Source of the DNA: Blastocatellia bacterium
GTDB lineage: Bacteria > Acidobacteriota > Blastocatellia > UBA7656
Length of the DNA: 64,000 nt
Direction of reading: 5' to 3'
Assembly: GCA_036003885.1 (NCBI GenBank)
Contig: DASYSA010000010.1
Span: 2,045-66,044 of the forward strand
In this document: one piece after another, positions 23,356-32,820 of the stretch
How positions within the stretch are numbered: the first letter of the stretch is position 1
Layout: each line of letters opens with the position of its first letter
Notes under the pieces: generated by a model
Database searches by the model: none
Seen by the model: only the letters and a program-made list of their open reading frames with translations
Told to the model about the DNA's origin: nothing
Program-made: the position numbers and the translations under genes

Positions 23356-24324
23356 TCAAACCTCCAGTTCCACCAGATCGTTCGCGATCGTCGTTTCTCT
23401 GAAGGTGACGGCCGCCTCTTCAAGCAGGGGCGTGACATCCGCGTACCGCGTACTGAAGTGGGTGAGAAGCAGTCGACGCGCGCCTGACTCGGCGGCTACT
23501 CGTGCAGCTTGAGCCGCGGTCGAGTGGCCGAACTCGCGAGCCTCCGCACTAAGATCCTCAGTGTAAGTCGCCTCGTGGATCAGCAAATCAGCGTCGCGCG
23601 CAAGCTCGATCGCTGCCGCGCAGGGGCGCGTATCAGTGCAGTAAGCGATCACTTTTCCGGGCCTCGCGGGGCCGAGAACATCTGACGAATGTGCAACGCT
23701 GCCATCGGGGAGTTCAACGTCGTTGCCTGACTGTAGAAGTCCGAACATCGGACCCTCCGGCACACCCAGAGCTCGAGCGCGTTCCAGGTCGAACCTTCCA
23801 GGCCGAGGCCGCTCCTCAACTCGGTAGCCCAATGCAAAGATGCGATGATCTATGGGCCGCGCATAGACTACGTACTCAGGAGCTTCGTGTACAACGCCGA
23901 GACCGCTTTCCCGCGCCCTGGGGTCTGCAGGTTCTCGCCCCACTTCCTCAGAAGTGCCGCGCGACCGGCCGCCGAGCTCTCGAACTTCGAGCGGATAGTT
24001 TACAAACAGGATCTTCAATCTAGCGAGTGTGTCGAGGTACTCGCGCATGCCGGGAGGGCCGATCAATGTCAGGCCCCGCTCGCGTCGATCGAGCGCCATG
24101 GTAGAGAGCAGGCCGGCCAGCCCGTTAAAATGGTCGCCATGGAGATGGGTTATGAAGATGGCCGCCAGCCTGTTGGGGCTCAGACCCGCACGTTGAATCT
24201 GCGTCTGGGTTCCTTCACCGCAATCGAAGAGCAGCCATTCCCCCTCGCGGACGACCGCAGTAGCGCTCACGTTGCGCTTGAGAGTCGGTTTACCCGAACT
24301 GGTTCCAAGCGGGATCACCTTCAT
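23356..24324 (-). CDS. rnz: ribonuclease Z (MBL-fold, tRNA 3'-processing)
   Basis: MBL HxHxDH motif (ITHLHGDH), a short-form RNase Z length (322 aa) and a C-terminal HFS..Y motif. Confidence 0.75.
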   Translation of the reverse strand: MKVIPLGTSSGKPTLKRNVSATAVVREGEWLLFDCGEGTQTQIQRAGLSPNRLAAIFITHLHGDHFNGLAGLLSTMALDRRERGLTLIGPPGMREYLDTLARLKILFVNYPLEVRELGGRSRGTSEEVGREPADPRARESGLGVVHEAPEYVVYARPIDHRIFALGYRVEERPRPGRFDLERARALGVPEGPMFGLLQSGNDVELPDGSVAHSSDVLGPARPGKVIAYCTDTRPCAAAIELARDADLLIHEATYTEDLSAEAREFGHSTAAQAARVAAESGARRLLLTHFSTRYADVTPLLEEAAVTFRETTIANDLVELEV

Positions 24325-24591
24325 TATTCTCTAACAATAGCACAGCAGCGACGGGCAGCGATCGCAGCCGGCGCGTTTCAGGTAGTCTCCTGCCAGTGGT
24401 GATCTGTAATGGAGCGCGTCAATGGAGCGCGTCAAATTTCGCTAGACCCGCGATCGTCGAGGAACCCTTTTCGCGCGCACCGTCCGCTGCTTCTCCCCCA
24501 CTTTACGCGCATCGGTGTTACAGGGGCGTCTTGGCGGTTTGTTTGTATTGCTGGTAGACTCTTCGAGAATCTTTACCTCTCGGAGGAGTTT

Positions 24592-25668
24592 ATGAAGTTC
24601 AGAAATCTCGTCGCGGCGCTCGCTCTTGGACTGATGATGTGTGCCGCTGCGGTAGCTCAGGAAAAGTCGCCAAAGGGCCCGCCCAAGCTGGTAATCGAAT
24701 CGTTCACCCACGACTTCGGTGAGGTAAAGCCCGGGACTGCGCTCAAGTACTCGTTCACCTTCAAAAATCAAGGCAAGAGCGACCTCTTGATTCAAGGCGT
24801 CACCCCTGGCTGAGGCTGCACCGCGAGCGACTTTGACAAAGTCGTGCCTCCTGGTAAGGAGGGAAAGATAACGCTGCAGGTCGAACATACGGATGGCTAC
24901 ACCGGCGAGGTCGCAAAATCCGCGCAGGTCGTGACGAACGATCCCACGAATCAGAGCTTCAACCTGTTGCTTCGGGCTTACTTCAAAGGTGAGCAGCCTG
25001 CTACGGCAGGCTCGGTCGTTGCATTGGCGGGTGCGGGAAGGCTGGCCGGCCCCTTCACCATCAGCCCGAGCGATCGATGGGTTACAAGTGTTCTCTCTGG
25101 CAGCAGCAGCGCAGGCACACTCACTCTTTACAACGGTAGTGGGACTCCTGTTCACGTCAAACAGCTGCAACCGGGAGGAACCGACTTCACGGCCAGTTTT
25201 CAGACCATCGAAGATGGCAAGCGCTACCAACTGACTGTTGGCACCAACCCGGCGCTCAAGCCAGGCCAGTACCACCAAACGCTTAAGATACTGACCGACA
25301 GCAAGCAAGCACCCGAGCTGGAAATCGATCTGGCTGTAACTGTCTTCCCAAAGGTTTTCGCCACGCCCAACATGCTGACTATTCCACAGATGTCTTCTTC
25401 GCAGGATATGTCAGTGGCCAACCTTCCGCTGATCTATGTGCGCAAGCTTCGCGGGGGAGGGCTGAAGATTAACAGCGTAAGCTCGACGCTTCCATTCCTC
25501 ACGCTGACGCTGTCCACCGCCACGGATGGGCAAATTTATACACTGAAGGTGACCCTGGACCGCTCGAAGATCACCACGCCGGGAGAGTTCAAAGGTAAGA
25601 TTCTTATCGAGACCAACGACCCGGATACTCCGGTGCTCGAAGTTCCAGTTCAGGGATCTTTCACCTGA
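24592..25668 (+). CDS. secreted DUF1573-family protein with in-frame TGA at 24811..24813 (candidate selenocysteine; alternatively disrupted)
   Basis: ORFs 24409..24813 and 24844..25668 share one frame and are separated only by a single TGA. The combined translation makes one continuous DUF1573 domain (HDFGEVKPG...FKNQGKSDLLIQGVTPG-[TGA]-GCTASDFDKVVPPGKEGKITLQV...VVTNDP). The TGA sits where the first Cys of the family's conserved S-C-G-C-T motif is expected. A signal peptide (MKFRNLVAALALGLMMCAAAVAQ) is present. Confidence 0.55.
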
Positions 25669-25767
25669 CCGAGGGGCGTCGAGTCGCTTCATTGGCTGTC
25701 AAGATTCAACGTTCACCGTTGTCGTTCATCCTTCGTCTTAGCCTTGAGTGGGCCAGGGCTCCAGGCC

Positions 25768-25803
25768 AAACGAGAAACGACAACGTTAAACGCGAAACGA
25801 AGT
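25768..25803. repeat. single-arm heptamer array, AACGNGA family
   Basis: AACGAGA AACGACA ACGTTA AACGCGA AACGAAG direct heptamers upstream of the HU gene. It is the same unit family as the elements at 36310 and 63001. Confidence 0.5.
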
Positions 25804-25852
25804 TTTGTCCTTCTTGACACCCTTTTGAGCGCGCCCCTATAATGACACCCCT

Positions 25853-26155
25853 TTGCGGTTGATTATAGATTCAGCTAGAACGGAGGCTAACGTGATCAAG
25901 CTTGATATCGTCAACGAAGTGGCCGACAAGACCGGCGTTCCAAAGATCAAAGCCGAGGTCGCAGTTGAGGCGCTGTTCGAGGCGATGAAATCGGCTTTGC
26001 AGCGAGGCGAGCGGATCGAACTTCGCGGTTTCGGCGTGTTTGTGGTGAAGCCGCGCAAGCGCGGCGTGGGTCGCAATCCCCGCACGGGTGAAGTCACCGA
26101 CATTCCACCCGGGAAGACCATTCGGTTCAAGCCAGGCAAGGAGCTTCAATCCTGA
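25853..26155 (+). CDS. HU/IHF-family DNA-binding protein
   Basis: About 95 aa with the HU fold signature (RGFGVFVVKPRKRGVGRNPRTGEVTDIPPGKTIRFKPGKEL). The start may be the GTG at VIKLD. Confidence 0.85.
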   Translation: MRLIIDSARTEANVIKLDIVNEVADKTGVPKIKAEVAVEALFEAMKSALQRGERIELRGFGVFVVKPRKRGVGRNPRTGEVTDIPPGKTIRFKPGKELQS

Positions 26156-26336
26156 CATTGGCTCCTCACGGGAGCTCCAGTCACTCAATCGAAGTGCATC
26201 TTACCTTACCAGACTTCGCGCGGCTTTCGGCGGCGCGTGACTCTGCCAAAGATATTACACGCGGCCGAGCAGCAGCCGAACTCAGGGATCAAGCAGCGTA
26301 TCACTGACCTTCGGACAAACGCGCGCGGAGCGCTGG

Positions 26337-27395
26337 TTGCCCATAGACGTTTGGCAGTTGTATTCTAAACTTGTGGAAAGTACCGAAAGATATCCCCTCC
26401 CTGAAGTTCAACCCTCGATACCTGAAGTCCAGATGGAGCACGTTCCATCGCCAACGCGAGACCGTGACTTGTCCATGCCTCGGGTACGATTTCATCTATT
26501 GCTGTTTGGCATCACTTGTCTGACCACCACTATCACCGGTATGGCGTGGTGGGCGAGTGAGCAAATGGCGAAACAGCAAATAGAGACCGCTTCCTTCTTT
26601 GAACCGATAACCTGGGCAATGACGGAGACCGCAAACGGCCACCTTCTGGCTCTTGGCAACGGTCTGCTATTCACGATCACTTTACTGGGGATCCTGGGCG
26701 CACACGAGTTCGGTCATTATTTCGCGTGCCGATACTACGGTGTTCGCGCAACCTTGCCGTTCTTTCTTCCGGCCCCTCCGATGATAACGTTCTTAGGCAC
26801 GTTTGGCGCTGTGATAAAGATCAAGTCACCGATCACGACGCGCCGGGCCTTGTTCGACATAGGAATCGCGGGCCCGCTCGCGGGTTTCGCGCTTGCCCTG
26901 CCCGCTTCGGTCATCGGTCTGTGGGTAGCCCAGGAAGCGAACCCGCCACAGGCGGGGTCAACGATATTCTTTGACCCGCCGCTTTTCCGCTTACTTAGCC
27001 CGCTGCTCCACGCTCCGTCAGTGACCATGTGGAATCCGATGTGGTGGGCGGCCTGGGGCGCGCTGCTGATCACCGCGCTAAACCTCTTTCCGGTCGGCCA
27101 GCTCGACGGAGGCCACGTCTTATATGCGATTACCGGCCGACGAGTACACAAATGGGTATCTGCCGGGACATCGCTGGCCGTTGCGTGTCTGGCGATTATC
27201 GCGTTCGTGTGGTACGGGTCGCCGATCTGGTTTTTGTGGACGGTGGTCCTGGTGTTCATGACGAAGGTGGGGCACCCTCCGGTAATCGACGAGGAACCGC
27301 TAGGCCCGACGAGACTGGTCCTGGCTTTCCTGGCGGTGATTGTCTTCCTCCTTTGCTTCATGTGGCTCCCAATTGGTACCTATAAACCCATCTAG
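26337..27395 (+). CDS. site-2 protease family (M50) intramembrane metalloprotease
   Basis: HEFGHY (HExxH) inside a TM helix, a downstream NLFPVGQLDGGH (LDG motif) and multiple TM helices. The real start is probably an internal Met. Confidence 0.8.
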   Translation: MPIDVWQLYSKLVESTERYPLPEVQPSIPEVQMEHVPSPTRDRDLSMPRVRFHLLLFGITCLTTTITGMAWWASEQMAKQQIETASFFEPITWAMTETANGHLLALGNGLLFTITLLGILGAHEFGHYFACRYYGVRATLPFFLPAPPMITFLGTFGAVIKIKSPITTRRALFDIGIAGPLAGFALALPASVIGLWVAQEANPPQAGSTIFFDPPLFRLLSPLLHAPSVTMWNPMWWAAWGALLITALNLFPVGQLDGGHVLYAITGRRVHKWVSAGTSLAVACLAIIAFVWYGSPIWFLWTVVLVFMTKVGHPPVIDEEPLGPTRLVLAFLAVIVFLLCFMWLPIGTYKPI

Positions 27396-27440
27396 GCGAG
27401 GCTGTTGGGATTGATGAACTGCGTGATATGATGCGGATCT

Positions 27441-28157
27441 ATGGATGCCAGCACTATTGCAGTACTCAGTCTCGGATTCGTGTACGGCTTGCGGCATGCG
27501 CTGGACCCCGATCACATGGTCGCCGTATCGACCATAGTGAGCGAGCATAAGAGCATCGCCCGCTCATCCCTGATCGGCACCTTCTGGGGGCTCGGCCACA
27601 CCGCGTCTCTTCTGGCGGTTGGCATCGCCGTTCTGCTGCTCAAGATATCGATACCTAAGCAGGTCGGACTTTGGCTGGAGATGGCGGTTGCTGCAATGCT
27701 CGTCGTTCTTGGGCTCAACGTCCTGCTCGGGCTGGCTCGCAAGCAAGGACTGCAGTTGCACACGCACTCGCATACCCACGACGGCGAGCTGCCCCACAGT
27801 CACCTTCACGTTCATCGAGAGGAAGATCACGAGCATCGACACCGCCTGTTCCGCTTAGGCCGTAAGCCCTTCGTTGTCGGAATGGTACATGGCATGGCCG
27901 GAAGCGCCGCGGTCACTCTGGCGACTCTTACTACAATACCATCCGTCGTGTTAGGTGTGGTCTATATCGGGTTGTTCGGGTTGGGATCGGTCGGCGGAAT
28001 GCTGTTGATGAGCGCTTTGATCGGCCTTCCGTTCGCGATCACCGCTCGCCGCTTCTCAAAAATCAACACCCGCGTACGCCTGGCGGCCGGACTACTGAGC
28101 TTGATCTTCGGCTTAATGCTGGCGTGGAATCTGATACACGAGATTCGACAGGGATAG
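27441..28157 (+). CDS. metal (Ni/Co-type) transporter-like membrane protein with His-rich loop
   Basis: Six predicted TM helices, an HX4DH-like motif in TM1 (RHALDPDH) and a central His-rich loop (HTHSHTHDGELPHSHLHVHREEDHEHRH). The exact family is uncertain (NiCoT/HupE-UreJ/NicO-like). Confidence 0.5.
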   Translation: MDASTIAVLSLGFVYGLRHALDPDHMVAVSTIVSEHKSIARSSLIGTFWGLGHTASLLAVGIAVLLLKISIPKQVGLWLEMAVAAMLVVLGLNVLLGLARKQGLQLHTHSHTHDGELPHSHLHVHREEDHEHRHRLFRLGRKPFVVGMVHGMAGSAAVTLATLTTIPSVVLGVVYIGLFGLGSVGGMLLMSALIGLPFAITARRFSKINTRVRLAAGLLSLIFGLMLAWNLIHEIRQG

Positions 28158-28263
28158 CTAAGCGGATCGATCTTTAGTGCCGCCACCAACGATCCCTTGG
28201 GCGCCAGTCTTTGTAGACCTCTCTCATTTTGCATTCCTTCGCCGTTGAAGCTTCGTCTGGCGG

Positions 28264-29166
28264 TTGCTGACTGCTATCATTCTGCGATTGCGAGGAGAAC
28301 AGATGTCGGAACCCGATCAATCCCACACGCCGCCGCTTGCATATCTAAATCCCGAGTTTCTCGCCACTCAGGAAGCCAGAATAATTCGAATACTCTCGGA
28401 GTACATAGAGCCTGCGGCGCGGCTTCGGCGCTTTCGAGTCCGGGACACAATAGTCTTCTTCGGCTCTGCGCGTTCGGTCTCGCCGGAGGTTGCGGGCCGA
28501 AACCTGGAAGCGGTCAGGGCGGAACTGGTGAAGGCCGGCACACCCACCCCCGAGCTTCAGGAGGCGGAGGTTCGCGCAATGCAAGCTGTCAGGCTGTCGC
28601 GCTACTACGACGACGCGATGGAGCTCGCCCGCCGGATGACAGAATGGTCCAAGGCTTTGACCGGCGACCGCCACTTCATCATATGCTCAGGCGGCTCGGG
28701 CGGAATGATGGAGGCGGCAAATCGCGGAGCTTCGGCAGCCCGAGGCAAGACCATCGGTCTCAACATCGAGTTGCCGTTCGAGCAAGAGATAAACCCATAT
28801 GTCTCGCGCGAACTGGTGTTCAACTTTCACTACTTCTTCATGAGGAAATTCTGGTTCGTCTATCCCGCAAAGGCGCTGGTTGTCTTTCCGGGCGGCTTCG
28901 GAACCATGGATGAACTGTTTGAAGTATTGACGCTGATACAGACGAAAATGCCGCGCAAGGCAATGCCGGTGGTCCTTTTCGGCAGGGAGTTCTGGGACGA
29001 GATCCTGAACTTCGACGCGCTGGTCAAGTGGGGAGTCGTTGGCCCATCGGATCTCAAGATCTTTCATAAGACAGATTCTGTTGACGATGCGTATCAGTAC
29101 TTGAGCAGCAAGCTTGAAGAACTCTATCTGAGTCCGAAAGGACTGGAGAAGGTGAAGCTGACCTGA
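28264..29166 (+). CDS. LOG-family protein (TIGR00730 Rossmann-fold nucleotide-binding)
   Basis: GGSGGMMEAANRGA and PGGFGTMDELFE motifs. Confidence 0.85.
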   Translation: MLTAIILRLRGEQMSEPDQSHTPPLAYLNPEFLATQEARIIRILSEYIEPAARLRRFRVRDTIVFFGSARSVSPEVAGRNLEAVRAELVKAGTPTPELQEAEVRAMQAVRLSRYYDDAMELARRMTEWSKALTGDRHFIICSGGSGGMMEAANRGASAARGKTIGLNIELPFEQEINPYVSRELVFNFHYFFMRKFWFVYPAKALVVFPGGFGTMDELFEVLTLIQTKMPRKAMPVVLFGREFWDEILNFDALVKWGVVGPSDLKIFHKTDSVDDAYQYLSSKLEELYLSPKGLEKVKLT

Positions 29167-29236
29167 GCGGCGAGAATCGACGGCGTCAGTGTGAGACTTT
29201 CAGTGCGATCGTTTCAACGGTGATCCTCGCTGACCC

Positions 29237-30010
29237 TCAATGAATCATGGAGTGGAGCATCGCCTCAGTTAAATACATGAGCGCGACTCCTGCAAAGACC
29301 ATCAGTGAGATCTTGATCCCGCCTTCACGCCTGTTGACTTCCGGTATCAGATCAGAGGCTGCCACGTAGAGTGTCACACCGGCGGAGAGCGGCAGGACAT
29401 AGAATGAAAGCGGGTGCGAGTATACCGCGAAATCCTTAAAGAACAGCACCAGGGCCACTCCGGCGAGAGTGGCAACTCCTATGAGAAGGGCTGACAGACT
29501 GGCGCTGCGCCGGTTTCGCCCGGCCGCGAGCATCATCGACGCAACAGTGAAGCCTTCTGGTACCTTGTGCAGTAGTATCGCTATGAAGACAAGCACGCCG
29601 AGTTCGCGGCTGACGAGGGAAGCGACCGCAATTGAGACGCCGTCGAAGAAGGCGTGCACCGTGAGCGCACCGACTCCAGCTAGGGCCGCGTGCTGAGCAA
29701 GCATCGCCTCTTCGTGAGTCTCTTCGCCGAAGTGAAAGTGAGGAGCCAGGGTATGTTCAGCCAGCTGGATCAGTAGATAGCCGGCCAGGAGCCACATCAT
29801 CGGCTCAGTCGCCTGGCCCGACCATTGTTGTACGCTCTCAGGAATGATCTTCAGGAAGACCGCCGCCAACATGAAGCCGGCTCCAAGGGCGATCAGATAT
29901 CTCAGAGTGGCCTGGCCAAGGCGCCGGGAAGATACGAGAAGACCTCCAAGGAAATTCGCAAGCGCGGCTGCGAGCCCGTAGCCAATTATTAATGAGGTGC
30001 CCTTTCCCAT
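29237..30010 (-). CDS. zupT: ZIP-family divalent metal transporter (ZupT-like)
   Basis: HKVPEGFTVA signature, His-rich central region and 8 TM helices. Confidence 0.85.
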   Translation of the reverse strand: MGKGTSLIIGYGLAAALANFLGGLLVSSRRLGQATLRYLIALGAGFMLAAVFLKIIPESVQQWSGQATEPMMWLLAGYLLIQLAEHTLAPHFHFGEETHEEAMLAQHAALAGVGALTVHAFFDGVSIAVASLVSRELGVLVFIAILLHKVPEGFTVASMMLAAGRNRRSASLSALLIGVATLAGVALVLFFKDFAVYSHPLSFYVLPLSAGVTLYVAASDLIPEVNRREGGIKISLMVFAGVALMYLTEAMLHSMIH

Positions 30011-30379
30011 TCAACGCTCCGCTTCGACCAAAGGCTCGCAATATAGCATACCTGCTCACTCCGCCGGAGCTTTAGCAACCTGTCTCCGCGTCCCGGCTCA
30101 GGCATCGCCATGCGGAGCGGCGGAATTCTATGGGGCCTCGGCCGGATATGCAAGATATATGCTGGGGTAAGAGAAGATACGCAGCGCCGTAGTCACAAGC
30201 GCGAAGTCAGCTTGCCCTGACGATGCAATCCGGGAACAATGTCAACGGGTCGCCCAGGTCGCAGAACCTGCACCTGCCTGCGCCTGATTGTAGGCCCTCT
30301 TCCCTCTCACTCAGATACGCAGAGCGCTACTTGACAAGATGCCAAGAGCACCAATGTTCAGGTTTAAATAAGGAGGCAT

Positions 30380-30952
30380 ATGAAAACATCAGTGATGGGT
30401 CCCGCCCTGTGCCTGGCTGCGCTCGTCCTTCTGACGCCCCATCGGGCATTTTGCCAATCGAGCGATAAGCCTGCCCCGACCTCTTCCGTTTCAGAGAAGG
30501 TACTGCGGGACATCTTCAACGAAGTGCACCTCCTCCGGGTCGAGATGCTCCGCACTAGCGTCAATAACTATCGATCGCAGATCCTGCTCAACCGTATCAA
30601 GGTTGAGCAAGACCAGGTGGCCCGACTCACGCGCGAGATGAACGACATTCAAGACAAGGTTGTCGCGATAAGGGGACAACAGACAAAAGGGAAAGGCGGC
30701 CTCGAGGAGCTGGTAAAAAAGAAAGACGCAGGGATCGTGGCGCCCGAATTCGTGAATGCGCTGACACTCGAGCTGGAGGAATTAGGGCAGCGCGAGGAAG
30801 CCCTCTTGAACATGGAGTCCCGGGTCGCCGCGGAGCTTGATTCGGCAAGAGCCAAACTGGCAGAACTCGATACTCGTTTGAATGAAATAGAGCGAGAGAT
30901 GGTCGCGCCGGGAGCGGGTGCCGATGAGAAGCCGCCTAAAAGGCGGCGATAA
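30380..30952 (+). CDS. secreted coiled-coil protein, hypothetical
   Basis: Signal peptide (MKTSVMGPALCLAALVLLTPHRAFC) followed by heptad-rich helical sequence. It has no enzymatic motifs. Confidence 0.5.
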   Translation: MKTSVMGPALCLAALVLLTPHRAFCQSSDKPAPTSSVSEKVLRDIFNEVHLLRVEMLRTSVNNYRSQILLNRIKVEQDQVARLTREMNDIQDKVVAIRGQQTKGKGGLEELVKKKDAGIVAPEFVNALTLELEELGQREEALLNMESRVAAELDSARAKLAELDTRLNEIEREMVAPGAGADEKPPKRRR

Positions 30953-31661
30953 GCAACGCAGAAGATCGGGAAAGAGGGGTCGTCAGATGCTGCTCGACGA
31001 GCCCCAGAGCACCCTATTGTGCACAACGAGAAAGTTGTGTTCTAAGACCTCCTTCATTCGAGTCAGGAAAACGTCCAACTGTCAAAATCGCATCCAACCC
31101 TCTTCTCGATCGGCAGAGTTGAGGACTGCTCGATACTCGCTGCGTTACGTGCGGATGGGGCAGGGCATCACCTTGATGGGGGAGAATCACTTTACGTATG
31201 CAAATAATTCACTGCGCGTACAGCCTCGCACCCAAATTTACCTAGTTGCGTTGACGGCGCAACCAGTCGACCGGACGCTAAGTCTCTTGCAAACAGGCAG
31301 TTTAGGCTCAAAAGTTGGGCCTTCTGCTGCTCACAATCAGCTTAAATCTCTGAAACGTATGTGTTTACACCGAATCCGGAAGTTTTCAAAACTGTTGCAC
31401 GGCGATTGCGAAGCAAGTGGCGGACGGAGTTGGTTCCGGATCGGACAATGCTATTTGAATGTGATTTTTGACCGCGAGACCGGTGATGAGGCATCTGATG
31501 CTTCGCCGGCCTCAGCTGTTTGAACTTGCAGTGGTCGGGACCTTATCCCGAATTCTGCCAGAGCCGGGTGTTTTCCATTAACCAGGGGGAAATGGATCTC
31601 TCCGGCCTTCAATCCACATGAAGCAATTTTCAGCCTGCTCCCTTAGGCTGTAGGAGGACAT

Positions 31662-32678
31662 ATGAAAAGACTTTCGAGCTTGAAGGCCGTCGTGGTATTG
31701 CTGAGCCTGACGTTAAGCGGTGCGGTGATGGCCCAACAGTCCGGACCGAATACTTCGCACAAGACCCAGGTCAACGCGGGCACAAAGATGAAGGTCAAGG
31801 GCGTCATCATCAAGCGCGATGACAGCAGCTTCTTCTTGCGTGACCAGACGGGATCCGAGTTGACGGTGCGTTTGGCGGCAAACACCAAATTGGAAGAGAA
31901 AAAGGGCAATCCATTCCGGGGCGGCAAGAAGTATACGATGGCTCAGGTGACCCGAGGTCTGACTGTCGAAGTAGAGGGACGGGGTGATGCTTCGGGAGAT
32001 CTTGTTGCCGATAAGATCAAGTTCTCGGATGACGATTTGAAAGTCGCCGTCAGTATCGACTCTCAAGTTGTGCCTCTTGAGAATAGATTTGTCACCGCAG
32101 AGAATCGGATGACGCGAACCGAGCAAAATGCAGAGCGACTGTCGGGTCAGTTAGAGGAGCTGGGTCAGGTTGCCAACCTCGCAAAAGGAGGGGCTGCGGC
32201 AGCTCAGGATACCGCCGATGCCGCAGTTGAAGGCGTCAACAAGACCAACGATCGCATCTCATCGCTCGACGACTATGAAGTGAAGAAGAGCAGTACGATC
32301 AACTTCAAAGTTGCCAGCGCGGTATTGAGTCCGGAAGCCAAGACGATGCTCGACGATCTCGCTACGCAGGCCAAGAACGAGCGCGGATTCGTTATCGAAG
32401 TCCGAGGGTTTGCCTCAGCCGATGGTTCCGAGAATCGGAATCGACAGTTGAGCCAGCGCAGGTCAGACGCCATCGTTCGCTATCTCGCCGAGACCCACGA
32501 CATACCGCTGCGTAGGATTATTTTGCCGTACGGCTACGGCGAGGCAATGCCGATTGCCGATAATGCCACGCGTGAGGGACGTATGGAGAATCGGCGCGCC
32601 GAGGTGAAAATTCTGGTGAGCCGCGGTATCGGGTCGTCAGTCAATGTGAACCGCCCGGTCAGTTCCACTCGTGAATAA
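31662..32678 (+). CDS. OmpA-family (OmpA/MotB C-terminal domain) protein with signal peptide
   Basis: C-terminal OmpA-like peptidoglycan-binding motifs (NRQLSQRRSDAIVRYL, NRRAEV) and an N-terminal signal peptide. Confidence 0.8.
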   Translation: MKRLSSLKAVVVLLSLTLSGAVMAQQSGPNTSHKTQVNAGTKMKVKGVIIKRDDSSFFLRDQTGSELTVRLAANTKLEEKKGNPFRGGKKYTMAQVTRGLTVEVEGRGDASGDLVADKIKFSDDDLKVAVSIDSQVVPLENRFVTAENRMTRTEQNAERLSGQLEELGQVANLAKGGAAAAQDTADAAVEGVNKTNDRISSLDDYEVKKSSTINFKVASAVLSPEAKTMLDDLATQAKNERGFVIEVRGFASADGSENRNRQLSQRRSDAIVRYLAETHDIPLRRIILPYGYGEAMPIADNATREGRMENRRAEVKILVSRGIGSSVNVNRPVSSTRE

Positions 32679-32820
32679 GTAGCCACGAGAAGCGGCTCGA
32701 CGATGGGGCGTGATCGTGAATCCCGAGGTCAGCACGGGCCATCCGGCGCAGTGGATCGGATAGTCAGGCTTTCTGCGGATTTCATGATCACGCCTCAACT
32801 GTCATTATGGACTCGTCATT

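Noticed and set aside
28197-28913. 238-aa ORF overlapping the LOG-family gene in another frame
   Set aside because: The LOG frame carries the conserved GGSGGMMEA and PGGFGTMDE motifs. The alternative frame is Arg/Gly/Ser-rich with no motif.
30918-31523. 201-aa ORF in the long intergenic region
   Set aside because: It consists of Lys/Arg-rich low-complexity sequence and overlaps the upstream gene's stop. It has no motif and sits in a region of atypical composition.
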